A program made the translations under genes and the position numbers. A stretch of 50,679 bases of DNA, from the NCBI GenBank assembly GCA_038065115.1, contig JBBTRS010000004.1, positions 1-50,679 of the forward strand, given 5' to 3'. Shown here in pieces: positions 35,381 to 44,580 of the stretch (position 1 is the stretch's first letter; the number at the start of each line of letters is the position of its first letter). The notes beneath the pieces are model-generated. The model was given only the letters and a program-made list of their open reading frames with translations. It did not search any database and was not told where the DNA came from. This stretch comes from Patescibacteria group bacterium. GTDB lineage: Bacteria > Patescibacteriota > Minisyncoccia > UBA6257 > MFKM01.

Positions 35381-36541
35381 ATGATCAAATTAACCAACTT
35401 TATGCGTAAAATCTTAATTTTTATTATCGGGATTGTTGGAATTTTGGCATTGGCCTGGCTAATTTATTACATTGTCGGCCGAGCAACCGCCCCGAAAACT
35501 GCCAGCCCAGAAACAAAATCACCGGAGCAAGCAGTTGAAGAAATAAACGGGGAGCCGGTCGCGACTACAACCGGCCAATTAAAAATTATTTCCAAGGAAT
35601 CAGTTTTTGATTACTGGATTGCTTCCAGTACTCAAGAAATTTTTTATGTCACCGAAGCTGGAAAAATCGCCGAAATTAATCCCGACGGCCAAGACACCCT
35701 CCTATCGGAACAGCAAATCGGAGACCTTAATTTTATTCTGTCTTCGCCCGACAGCCGAAAAATAATCGTCGCATTCGGCAATCAAGCCCAACCGCAATTC
35801 AGTATTTTTGATTTAACCAACAACTCGTGGACCCCGTTGCCTTTAGAAATTAAATCAGCGGCGTGGTCGCCGGAAGGGAAGAGGATAGCCGTTATAACCA
35901 GCCAAAACAATCAAACCAATTTGACGATTATTGACGTTGCCAAATACTTTTCCACCGACGCGAAGCAAAAAGAAAAAGCCTCTAAAATAATTATTAAAAA
36001 TTTTGCCTTGAAAGATTTAAAAATAGACTGGCTGATGCCCGATGAATTGGTTTTCACCGACAAGCCCTCCTCTTTAGCAATGGGCTCGGCTTGGCGGTTT
36101 AATCTTTCCAAGCTTAATTTTGACGAAATCGTTCCCCCGGGAAACGGATTGATGATTAAATGGCTAAAAGATGATTTGGGACTGAAATTCCAAAACCAAA
36201 AAAGCAGTTTGATTAATTGGGCCGGGCAAGCCATCAACGACTTTCCGTTTATGGCTTTACCGGACAAATGTGTTTTAAAAATAGATTCTCTTTACTGCTT
36301 CCTCTTTACACCGGCCAGCCCAAAAACAAAATGGCCTGACGATTATCTCCAAAAATCAACCTTTACCAACGATAGTCTTTATAAATTCAATCTGGGCAAT
36401 TTAACCGCGCCGGAGTTGGTTTTTGAAAACACCATAGAAGGAAAAATCATTGACGCCTCAAACTTAAAACTCCTCGGCAATCAAATTCTTTTTACCAATC
36501 GCTACGACAGCCTGCTTTACGGTTTAGAAATTAGTAATTAA
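35381..36541 (+). CDS. Membrane-anchored protein with a beta-propeller-like (TolB-like) region
   Basis: N-terminal TM helix. Contains AAWSPEGKRIAV-type repeats. Confidence 0.55.
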   Translation: MIKLTNFMRKILIFIIGIVGILALAWLIYYIVGRATAPKTASPETKSPEQAVEEINGEPVATTTGQLKIISKESVFDYWIASSTQEIFYVTEAGKIAEINPDGQDTLLSEQQIGDLNFILSSPDSRKIIVAFGNQAQPQFSIFDLTNNSWTPLPLEIKSAAWSPEGKRIAVITSQNNQTNLTIIDVAKYFSTDAKQKEKASKIIIKNFALKDLKIDWLMPDELVFTDKPSSLAMGSAWRFNLSKLNFDEIVPPGNGLMIKWLKDDLGLKFQNQKSSLINWAGQAINDFPFMALPDKCVLKIDSLYCFLFTPASPKTKWPDDYLQKSTFTNDSLYKFNLGNLTAPELVFENTIEGKIIDASNLKLLGNQILFTNRYDSLLYGLEISN

Positions 36542-36566
36542 AGCCGACTTCCGGAAAGTGGGGGGG

Positions 36567-36709
36567 GCAAACCAAGCTTGTCTTCGAAAACCAGAATATT
36601 CCGACTCCAGCGGTCGGAATTTCTTTTCCCTCGGCGCTGAAATCCCGACTTCGTCGGGAACCAATCTTTCAGCGCCTGCGGGATATTTTCTCAGACAAGC
36701 TTGGTTTAC
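36567..36709. other. Nested-hairpin element of about 143 nt, closed by a 15-bp perfect stem (ncRNA, MITE-like element or complex terminator)
   Basis: AAACCAAGCTTGTCT (36569..36583) pairs with AGACAAGCTTGGTTT (36693..36707). Inner helices are CCGAC/GTCGG, GGCGCTGAAA/TTTCAGCGCC and the UUCG hairpin CCCGAC-TTCG-GTCGGG. Confidence 0.5.
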
Positions 36710-36721
36710 TGAAAACCTAAA

Positions 36722-37147
36722 TTAAATTGGCTTGATCACTACTCGCCGTTCTTTTCCATCGCCGATGCTTTCGGTTTTTAAATCAGGGTGATTGACTATT
36801 TCTAAATGGACCAGGCGGCGTTCGTAGGCATTCATCGCCGGCAACGAAATTTCTTTTTTATCAAGAGTCGCTTTGTGGGCGGCGGCTTTAGCCAATTCAG
36901 TAATCAGCCGTTCGCGCTCCCGGCGATAATTATTAACATCCAGCCATATTTTTTGCTGGTTTTCTTTTTGAGAAATTAAATTAACCAGATATTCAAAATC
37001 TTCTAAAAACATGGGCATTCCCTCGGTAATTAACTGATCGTCAATTAAAATAGAAAATCTTTTTGATGATTCGTTAAAATTTACCTCAAAATTATTTAGC
37101 CCTATCAGCTCAAGCAGTTTTTTTATTTTCTCCGATAATTGTTCCAT
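36722..37147 (-). CDS. jag: Jag/KhpB-like KH + R3H RNA-binding protein
   Basis: R3H motif region AYERRLVHLEI. Located downstream of yidC. Confidence 0.8.
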   Translation of the reverse strand: MEQLSEKIKKLLELIGLNNFEVNFNESSKRFSILIDDQLITEGMPMFLEDFEYLVNLISQKENQQKIWLDVNNYRRERERLITELAKAAAHKATLDKKEISLPAMNAYERRLVHLEIVNHPDLKTESIGDGKERRVVIKPI

Positions 37148-37811
37148 GTTGTTTTTGTTTTTCCAATGCTTTGTTGATAAAAATTTGCTGGCCTAAAGAA
37201 AAAAGCGACGAAACTAGCCAGTAAAGACCGAGAGCGGAGGGGAGACTGCTTAAGAATAAAAAAGTTATAGCCGGTCCTATGTATAACATCGCCTGGCTGG
37301 CGCGATCGGCGGCGGCCTGACCAGTTCCTGTTTTCGGCATCATTAGTCGTCCCTGGAAATATTGAGCCAGAACCGCCAAGATCGTAATCAGCGCATTTTT
37401 CTGGTTTAAGTTAATTAAACTCAAAAATTTGTAATTGTCAAAAACAGCGCTGGAAAGGCCATTCAGGAAAACCTGATAAAGAGCAATCAGCACCGGCAAT
37501 TGAATAATTAAAAGCAGGATGCCGGAAAAAGGATTAATACGGTGTTCTTTGTAAAGGTCCAGCAATACCCTTGTTTGTTTTTCTCTGTCGTCTTTGTGGT
37601 CTTGTTGAATCTTTTTGACCAAGGGCTGAAGTCTTTGGATTTTAGTTTGGTCTTTGGTCCCATGATAAAAAAACGGCAAAAGCAAAAACCTGACAAAAAT
37701 AGTCAGTAAGATAATAGCGATGCCTAAGTCATGGAAAGAGACGTTTTTATAGATAAATATTAAAACTTCAAGAATCGGCTGGTAAAGCAGATCGTGGAAT
37801 AGGTTTTTCAT
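37110..37811 (-). CDS. yidC: Membrane protein insertase YidC (short form)
   Basis: 233 aa with YidC/Oxa1 core helices (ILLTIFVRFLLLPF..., PFSGILLLIIQLPVLIALY). Confidence 0.85.
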   Translation of the reverse strand: MKNLFHDLLYQPILEVLIFIYKNVSFHDLGIAIILLTIFVRFLLLPFFYHGTKDQTKIQRLQPLVKKIQQDHKDDREKQTRVLLDLYKEHRINPFSGILLLIIQLPVLIALYQVFLNGLSSAVFDNYKFLSLINLNQKNALITILAVLAQYFQGRLMMPKTGTGQAAADRASQAMLYIGPAITFLFLSSLPSALGLYWLVSSLFSLGQQIFINKALEKQKQHGTIIGENKKTA

Positions 37812-37817
37812 AAGAAA

Positions 37818-37952
37818 TTAAACCGTTAATTTTTTCCGGCCTTTCTTGCGACGCCTCTCAATCGTTCGCCTTCCTCCAAACGACCTTCCTCTTTTCAGGA
37901 ATCCGTGGGTTCTCTTTCTTTTTTTCTTTTTTGGTTGATAAGTAATCGACAT
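37818..37952 (-). CDS. rpmH: 50S ribosomal protein L34
   Basis: Hand-translated: [44 protein letters not shown]. Below the ORF-track cutoff. Confidence 0.9.
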   Translation of the reverse strand: MSITYQPKKKKRKRTHGFLKRGRSFGGRRTIERRRKKGRKKLTV

Positions 37953-38048
37953 ATTATTTGATTTTAAACACTTTTCCCCAACTATTCAACAAGTAAATCA
38001 CAAAAGTTGTTTTTTTGCAATATTGCGTTGTTGTTTCTTTAGTTTAAA

Positions 38049-39446
38049 ATGAAATCAATGACGAATATGAACCTCAACGATCTCTGGCAAGGAGTCTTGG
38101 GAGAAATTGAAATCCAAATTTCCCGGCCTAATTTTCTTACCTGGCTGAAGAACAGTCGTCTTGTTAATAAAAAAGAAAACGATGGCATAGTCGTAGTCGG
38201 CTTGCCAAATAATTTTGCCAAAGAATGGGTTAAGAATCGCTATCACAAACTTATCTTGGGTTCTTTGAGAAATATGGACAATTCCATCAAGGTTGTTGAG
38301 TATATTGTTGAGTGCCAGCCAAAACCAGACTCAACAAAAATAAAAAAAGAGGGTGGCTTGGAAAATACCATTGAAACCGAAAAACAGAAACCGCTTCTTG
38401 AATTAAAAATAGACCCCGAAACCAATCTTAATCCGCGTTATACCCTAAAATCTTTCATTGTTGGCTCTTCAAACGAATTGGCTTACGCCGCCGTTACGGC
38501 GGTAATCAAAGACGTGGGTAAAAAATACAACCCTCTTTTTATTTATGGCGGAGTAGGGCTGGGAAAAACCCATCTTATTCAAGCGACTGGCAACGAGATC
38601 AAAAATTTATATAAAAACCAAGTTAAGGTTTTCTATGTCAGTTCGGAAAAATTTCTCAACGACATGCTTTGGGGGATTCGCAATAATAAAATGGAGGATA
38701 TAAAAAAGAGATACCGCAATATTGATGTTTTGATTATTGACGACATTCAGTTTATCGGCGGCAAAGAAAGAACCGAAGAAGAGTTCTTTCATACCTTTAA
38801 TGTCTTATACGAAAACAACAAACAGATAATAATGTCTTCGGATAGGGCTCCGGCCGCCATACCCATCATAGAAGAAAGGCTGCGTTCTCGTTTTGAAGGC
38901 GGTATGATCGCCGACATCAGCTATCCCGACTACGAAACTAGGTTGGCCATTCTCCGAACAAAATCCCTAGAAAACAAATGGCAGGTTGAGGACAAGATAT
39001 TGGAATTGATAGCCAGCCGGGTTAAAAAGAACATCCGCGAATTAGAAGGGGTTTTGAATAAAGTCGTTTTTTACCAAGATGTTAAAAAAGACAAAATCAA
39101 TGCCCAAAAATTAGAAGAAATCATTAACGAGGTGGTGCGGGTAAACACAAAGAACATCAGCGCTAATGATGTCATAAAAACCGTGGGGGAGTTTTTTGAA
39201 ATTTCCACGACCGAAATGATTGCCAAATGCAAGAAAAAAGAAGTCGTTGAGCCCCGCCAGATTACAATGTATTTGCTTCGGGAGATGCTTAATTCATCTT
39301 ATCCCTCTATTGGAGAAAAACTCGGGAAAAGAGACCACACTACCGTCATTCACGCTTGCGCGAAAATTTCTCAAGAAATTAATCAAAATCCGGTTTTGAA
39401 TCAGAAAATACTTTTAATCAAAGAAATGATCAATAAGTCCGCGTAA
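38049..39446 (+). CDS. dnaA: Chromosomal replication initiator DnaA
   Basis: Walker A GGVGLGKTHL, box VII, and the C-terminal DNA-binding helix (DHTTVIHA). Confidence 0.93.
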   Translation: MKSMTNMNLNDLWQGVLGEIEIQISRPNFLTWLKNSRLVNKKENDGIVVVGLPNNFAKEWVKNRYHKLILGSLRNMDNSIKVVEYIVECQPKPDSTKIKKEGGLENTIETEKQKPLLELKIDPETNLNPRYTLKSFIVGSSNELAYAAVTAVIKDVGKKYNPLFIYGGVGLGKTHLIQATGNEIKNLYKNQVKVFYVSSEKFLNDMLWGIRNNKMEDIKKRYRNIDVLIIDDIQFIGGKERTEEEFFHTFNVLYENNKQIIMSSDRAPAAIPIIEERLRSRFEGGMIADISYPDYETRLAILRTKSLENKWQVEDKILELIASRVKKNIRELEGVLNKVVFYQDVKKDKINAQKLEEIINEVVRVNTKNISANDVIKTVGEFFEISTTEMIAKCKKKEVVEPRQITMYLLREMLNSSYPSIGEKLGKRDHTTVIHACAKISQEINQNPVLNQKILLIKEMINKSA

Positions 39447-39637
39447 GTTCTGGATAAGTTGTGATTTAGTTGTTAATATTAACTTGATAAATAAACAGCT
39501 AAAAGCAAACGATTGAAAACCGAAACAATTTATACCCGACTTTTCCAGATTTTTTCAACAATAATTTTTAAACAGAAACCCTTTATTTAAATAAAAAAAT
39601 AAACAAATCAACAATTAGGCTTAGCCCTATTACAACT

Positions 39638-40747
39638 ATGAGATTAATTATATTAAATAATAATTTAAAAGAAGCACTGCGCTCAATAGGGGGTGGGATT
39701 GGGGATAACTCTAATTTACCGATTTTAAAAAACATTCTTATTAAAACCGAGGATAATAAAATAAATTTTTCAACCACTAATTTAGAATTAGCGATTAATT
39801 ACGGGGCTTCCGGAAAAATCATAGAAGAAGGATCCTTAACAGTGCCTTTGAATATTTTTTCAAATATCATCGGCAATCTAACAACCGAAAGAATTACCCT
39901 AGAAAGCAAGGATTATAATTTATTAATAAAAACCGATAATTACGAAGCCACGATTCAAGGATTAAACCCTGAAGACTTTCCTATTATTCCCAAAATCGGC
40001 AATATTGATAAGTACATCAAAATCAATTCCGAAATTTTCAAAAACGCTTTATTAAAAATAATCAACAGTATTCAATATTCAGAAATCAGACCGGAAATTA
40101 ACGGTTGCTTGTTCAGTTACCAGATAGATTATTTAAAATTAGCCGGCACGGATAGTTTTAGGCTAGCCGAAAAAAATATTTCTTCCGATCAATTTAAAAG
40201 TAATTTTGAAGAAAGCTTTGAAATCATCTTGCCACTAAAAACCATTCAGGAAATTTTACGAGTTATTCCAGACAACAACGAATTAAGTATTTTAATAAAC
40301 CAAAATCAGGTGTTTTTCAAAACTAACGAAATAGAGATAATCTCTCGGTTGATAGACGGGAAATTTCCCGATTACCAAAGTATTGTTCCACAAGAGCTTA
40401 AAACTGAAATGGTGATTAATAAGGCCGAATTAGTGAATGCCTTGAAATTAGCCAGTATTTTTTCCGGTAGGGTCAATGAAATAAAATTTAAAATCGGGGA
40501 AAACAAAAAATGTTTAGAAGTTTATTCCGCCGATAATGCCTTGGGAGAAAATCATTATTTATTACCAATCAAGATTAGCGGCAACAACCTAGCCATATCT
40601 TTTAATTGCAAATACCTGCTTGACGGCCTCAAGGCGCTAGAAGATAAAGAAATTGTTTTTGGTTTTAACGACGATAATCAGCCGGTTATTATCAAATCTC
40701 CGGCCGATAAAAATTGGTTTTATGTCTTAATGCCGATTAAATCCTAG
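39638..40747 (+). CDS. dnaN: DNA polymerase III beta sliding clamp
   Basis: 369 aa with a three-domain clamp pattern. Sits downstream of dnaA. Confidence 0.9.
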   Translation: MRLIILNNNLKEALRSIGGGIGDNSNLPILKNILIKTEDNKINFSTTNLELAINYGASGKIIEEGSLTVPLNIFSNIIGNLTTERITLESKDYNLLIKTDNYEATIQGLNPEDFPIIPKIGNIDKYIKINSEIFKNALLKIINSIQYSEIRPEINGCLFSYQIDYLKLAGTDSFRLAEKNISSDQFKSNFEESFEIILPLKTIQEILRVIPDNNELSILINQNQVFFKTNEIEIISRLIDGKFPDYQSIVPQELKTEMVINKAELVNALKLASIFSGRVNEIKFKIGENKKCLEVYSADNALGENHYLLPIKISGNNLAISFNCKYLLDGLKALEDKEIVFGFNDDNQPVIIKSPADKNWFYVLMPIKS

Positions 40748-40760
40748 ATTTTTAATTTTA

Positions 40761-43223
40761 CTATTGCGAGAAAATAATCGTTTCCTTTTCGGCATAATTG
40801 CCAAAAATATCGTTGATTTTTAATTTGATGATATTCTGGAGTTCTATTTTTTGATTAACAATTTGATATTGGTATTCATAAATTCCCAAAGAATTCGGGC
40901 TTTTGCGGTCAATCAACTGTTCGTTAAAATATAATTCTATCCGGTCCAGATTATTGCTTGATTTTATCGTAGCTTTGACGCTGATTACGTCTTTCGCGAA
41001 ATCTCCGCTTTTGGGAAAAAGATCGGTAATTTCCAGGTTGGAATTTTGTTCGTTGCCGGAGTCTGTTGATAGCCCCGGCGGTGTTTGGTTGTAACGATTA
41101 AAATCGGGGATATTGGTTTTGAGCCACTCCATTAATCCTTCTTCCCAGTTTTCAAATTGGGGATCGTCTTGGGGGTTTAGAGGGTTTGGCCCGGCGGGAT
41201 TATGTTTATCAACATAATATAAGATATTGTGGATTTGAGGATATTCAGTATTATTGATTTCGTATTTAATTATCGCTTCTCCCCGAAGAATCGGTTTTTC
41301 GGCTAAAGCCATATCCGGTCGCGTGAAGGTTTCGGAATTTGTTTGTTTCTTGAGAGCCTCGTCCATAAACGCGTGCCAAATAGGAACAGCGGCCAAGATA
41401 CTGCCGGCTTGTTGTTGCATTGAATCGTTGTTGTTGTTGCCTGCCCAAACACCAACCACCAAAGACGGGGTATAACCCATGGTCCACGCGTCGCGAAAAT
41501 CATTAGTAGTTCCGGTTTTAAGAGCGACTTCTTGATCGGGGAAAACCGTAAGATTCAAGCTTGAAGCAAAAAGCGGTTGGCGTAGGTCTTTGTCTGAAAG
41601 AATAGAGTTGATTAATTGCGGATAAAGAGGGTCAATCACTCTGTCGTTTTTCTCTTGGTATTCTTCCGTGGTCTTCCCGCTGGAATCTTCAACTTTTAAA
41701 ATCATTATTTGCGGGCGTTTAACCCCTTCTTGGCTAAGAACAGAATAAGCTCCAACTAAATCTATGAGCTTGACCTCGCCACCGCCTAATACCAACGACA
41801 AACCGTAACGTTGCGGTTCTTTTAGGGTAGTGATCCCGAAGTTTTGAAGAGTTTTTAAGACTTCGCTTAGGCCGGCAAGATAAAGTGTTTTGATTGACGG
41901 GATGTTGATTGATTGAGCCAGAGAATTTTCCATACTAATTGAACCGCGGAATTTTTTATCAAAATTTTGGGGGTGATAACAAGCAGGGTCTTCGTTGTTA
42001 AAATCAACGATGACCGGGCAGGCGGAATTGTTGGCGGTGAATTCCGTAGGCACGTCAAACAATATCGTTTTCGGGGTAAACCCTTTTTCAAAGGCGGTCA
42101 GGTAAGCAAACGGTTTCAGGGTGGAACCTGGTTGACGCAGGCCATGGGTGGCAACGTTGAAATTCCCTTCGTTTTTAATATCAAAATAATCACGAGAGCC
42201 GACCATGGCCAAAATTTGGCCAGTTTTGGCATCTTGGGCGATCAAGGCGGCGTTTTTCCCTTGGTATAGTTTTTCGTTCCGGCTAGCTCCTTCAGAGACC
42301 GTTTTTTCGGCTAATTGCTGAAGGTCGTAATCAAGCGAAGTGGTAACTTTCAACCCTCCTTTTTCCACCATATCTTCGCCATAGCGATTAACTAAGTATT
42401 CTTTTACCTCCATAACAAAATGAGGGGCTTTAATGGCGCCGAGCGAAGGAGGAATAAAAACCAATTCGGTTTTTTGAGCCAAATCTTTCTCCGTGGCGTC
42501 AATAAAGCCAAACTTAAGCATTTGCTCTAAAATAAATTCCTGGCGTTTTTTGAGTTCGTCCAGGTGGTAGCCCCAAGGCGAATAATAACTGGGAGCTTGG
42601 ATTAAGGCGGCTAAAACAGCCGATTCCGCTAAATTAATTTCTTTGACCGATTTATTGAAATAAGTTTTAGCGGCAGTTTCAATGCCGTAAATATTGGAGC
42701 CGTAAGGAATTTGATTGAGATAAAAAGCCAAAATTTCATTTTTGGCGTAACGGCGCTCTAACTGAATAGCCAAGGCCAGCTCTTTTATTTTTCTTTGAAG
42801 TGTTTTTTCTGACGAAAGAAAGGCATTTTTGGCTAATTGCTGGGTAATGGTGGAGCCGCCCTGGGTTTTGCCGCGGATTAAGTCATTAAAGGCCGCCCGG
42901 ATGACGGCTTTCCAGTCAAAGGCGGGATGATTAAAAAAATCACGGTCTTCAATAACAATGGTTGCTTGTTTGGCATAATCGGGGATTTCTTCAAAAGAAA
43001 CAACGGTTCTATTCTCTTCGGCATGTATTTCATAAAGCATAACTTTGCCGGTTCGGTCATAGATTTTAGTTGATTGGGCGAGTTGGTGATTGCTTGCCTG
43101 CCTTAAAACCGGCAAGTCTTTTAATAGCGAAGAAAGATAAATCAATCCCCACGCCGCTAAACCCAAAACAACCAGCATCGCCAACCCCGCGATTTTAATG
43201 ATTTTTTTATTTTTAGACTTCAT
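40761..43223 (-). CDS. Class A penicillin-binding protein (glycosyltransferase + transpeptidase) with an extra C-terminal domain
   Basis: GT51 motifs EDRDFFNHPAFD and GGSTITQQLAKN. Transpeptidase motifs STLKP, SxN and KTGT. Confidence 0.9.
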   Translation of the reverse strand: MKSKNKKIIKIAGLAMLVVLGLAAWGLIYLSSLLKDLPVLRQASNHQLAQSTKIYDRTGKVMLYEIHAEENRTVVSFEEIPDYAKQATIVIEDRDFFNHPAFDWKAVIRAAFNDLIRGKTQGGSTITQQLAKNAFLSSEKTLQRKIKELALAIQLERRYAKNEILAFYLNQIPYGSNIYGIETAAKTYFNKSVKEINLAESAVLAALIQAPSYYSPWGYHLDELKKRQEFILEQMLKFGFIDATEKDLAQKTELVFIPPSLGAIKAPHFVMEVKEYLVNRYGEDMVEKGGLKVTTSLDYDLQQLAEKTVSEGASRNEKLYQGKNAALIAQDAKTGQILAMVGSRDYFDIKNEGNFNVATHGLRQPGSTLKPFAYLTAFEKGFTPKTILFDVPTEFTANNSACPVIVDFNNEDPACYHPQNFDKKFRGSISMENSLAQSINIPSIKTLYLAGLSEVLKTLQNFGITTLKEPQRYGLSLVLGGGEVKLIDLVGAYSVLSQEGVKRPQIMILKVEDSSGKTTEEYQEKNDRVIDPLYPQLINSILSDKDLRQPLFASSLNLTVFPDQEVALKTGTTNDFRDAWTMGYTPSLVVGVWAGNNNNDSMQQQAGSILAAVPIWHAFMDEALKKQTNSETFTRPDMALAEKPILRGEAIIKYEINNTEYPQIHNILYYVDKHNPAGPNPLNPQDDPQFENWEEGLMEWLKTNIPDFNRYNQTPPGLSTDSGNEQNSNLEITDLFPKSGDFAKDVISVKATIKSSNNLDRIELYFNEQLIDRKSPNSLGIYEYQYQIVNQKIELQNIIKLKINDIFGNYAEKETIIFSQ

Positions 43224-43271
43224 GAATTATGATATCGGGTATGGTATTATTGTAATAATATTAATAAGAAA

Positions 43272-44441
43272 ATGAAAGACGAAATCAGACAAATCAAGGA
43301 AATTCTTGACAAAGGCGCGGTAGAGGTTATCGTGAGCAAGAATTTGGAAGAAAAATTAAAATCCGGAAAAAAGTTGAGGGTAAAGTTCGGCATTGATCCG
43401 ACCACGCCCGATCTCCATCTCGGCCATTCCGTTTCGCTTTTAAAATTAAAGCGGTTTCAGGATTTAGGGCACCAAGCTGTTCTTTTGGTGGGGGACTTTA
43501 CGGCAATGATAGGAGATCCTTCCGGCCGGAATATTTCCCGTCGGCCATTAACTCAAGCCGAAGTTAAAAAAAACATGAGAGACTACCTCAAGCAAGCGGC
43601 GAAAGTTTTGGATATGAAAAAAGTTGAGGTTAGGTATAACAGCGAGTGGTACGGAAGCAAAAAAATGGATTTTTTAATTAAAATCGCTTCCCGTTTTACT
43701 TACGCCCAGCTCATAGAAAGAGAAGAATTCAAACGCCGGATAGAAGCCAGGGAAGAGATTAGCGTGTCGGAGTTATTTTACCCCGTGTTGCAGGGCTACG
43801 ATTCAGTTGAATTAAAAGCGGATGTGGAAATTGGCGGAACTGACCAGAAATTTAATCTTTTGATGGGGCGGAAGGTTCAGCAGAAACTCAATCAGCCGGA
43901 ACAAGATATCGTCACCGTGCCTTTGCTTGAAGGAACAGACGGCGTTAAAAAAATGAGCAAAACCTTTGATAATTACATCGGCTTAACTGAATTACCCGCG
44001 AAAATGTTCGGCAAGATTATGTCCATTCCCGATAGTGTTATGGGAAAGTATTTTGAATTATTGACCGATGTTCCTTTGCAAGAAATTTCCGATCTTTCTC
44101 CGATGGATCAAAAAATAAGATTAGCTTGGGAAATTGTCAGGTTTTATCATAGCCGGGAAGAGGCTGATAAGGCCAAAAAAGAATTTATTGAAGTTTTTAG
44201 CGAAGGCAAGTCGCCTGCCAAAATTAAAATAATAAAAATAGCCCCTTGTTCAATCGGGGCTAAAGAGCTTTTGGTTAAATGTGATTTAGCCAAATCTCTT
44301 TCGGAGGCCCAGAGATTGATTGAACAAGGGGCGGTTTCTTTAGACAACGAGACCATGAAGGATTGGCATCAAAAACTTTTTATTGAAAAACCCGTTGTCT
44401 TGAAAGTAGGGAAGCATCGTTTTATAAAGATTATTCCCTAA
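43272..44441 (+). CDS. tyrS: Tyrosine--tRNA ligase
   Basis: HIGH motif (DLHLGH), KMSKS-like KKMSKT, and a C-terminal S4-like domain. Confidence 0.85.
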   Translation: MKDEIRQIKEILDKGAVEVIVSKNLEEKLKSGKKLRVKFGIDPTTPDLHLGHSVSLLKLKRFQDLGHQAVLLVGDFTAMIGDPSGRNISRRPLTQAEVKKNMRDYLKQAAKVLDMKKVEVRYNSEWYGSKKMDFLIKIASRFTYAQLIEREEFKRRIEAREEISVSELFYPVLQGYDSVELKADVEIGGTDQKFNLLMGRKVQQKLNQPEQDIVTVPLLEGTDGVKKMSKTFDNYIGLTELPAKMFGKIMSIPDSVMGKYFELLTDVPLQEISDLSPMDQKIRLAWEIVRFYHSREEADKAKKEFIEVFSEGKSPAKIKIIKIAPCSIGAKELLVKCDLAKSLSEAQRLIEQGAVSLDNETMKDWHQKLFIEKPVVLKVGKHRFIKIIP

Positions 44442-44451
44442 TTTCTCCTGC

Positions 44452-44580
44452 TTATTTTTCTTCTTCAAGCAGATCTTCTTCTGCTTTTTCTTTTTCTTCG
44501 GAAACAGGGCTGCAGTTGGGGCAGGTTTCGTCTTCTGATAAATCACTGCCACATTCTTCGCAAGTAGTTTCTTTAACCAT
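44452..44580 (-). CDS. Possible 42-aa zinc-ribbon mini-protein MVKETTCEECGSDLSEDETCPNCSPVSEEKEKAEEDLLEEEK
   Basis: Hand-translated; CxxC-N12-CxxC pattern. No clear SD site. Low-complexity acidic tail. Confidence 0.35.
   Translation of the reverse strand: MVKETTCEECGSDLSEDETCPNCSPVSEEKEKAEEDLLEEEK

Noticed and set aside
36551-36567. GGAAAGTGGGGGGGC resembles the GGAAAGUCCGGGC P4 motif of RNase P RNA, which is tempting given the missing rnpA.
   Set aside because: The whole intergenic space is only about 180 nt, and none of the other universally conserved RNase P RNA segments can be found. The resemblance is to a single short motif.
39449-39457. A DnaA-box-like TCTGGATAA just after dnaA. Other near-matches occur in the rpmH-dnaA spacer.
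   Set aside because: These are single one-mismatch hits with no cluster of boxes, which is insufficient to annotate oriC as a feature.
44340-44552. 70-aa ORF-track entry (MAVIYQKTKPAPTAALFPKKKKKQKKICLKKKNKQEK…).
   Set aside because: It is a Lys-run low-complexity frame overlapping the tyrS 3' end. The alternative frame, with a CxxC…CxxC pattern, is more protein-like.
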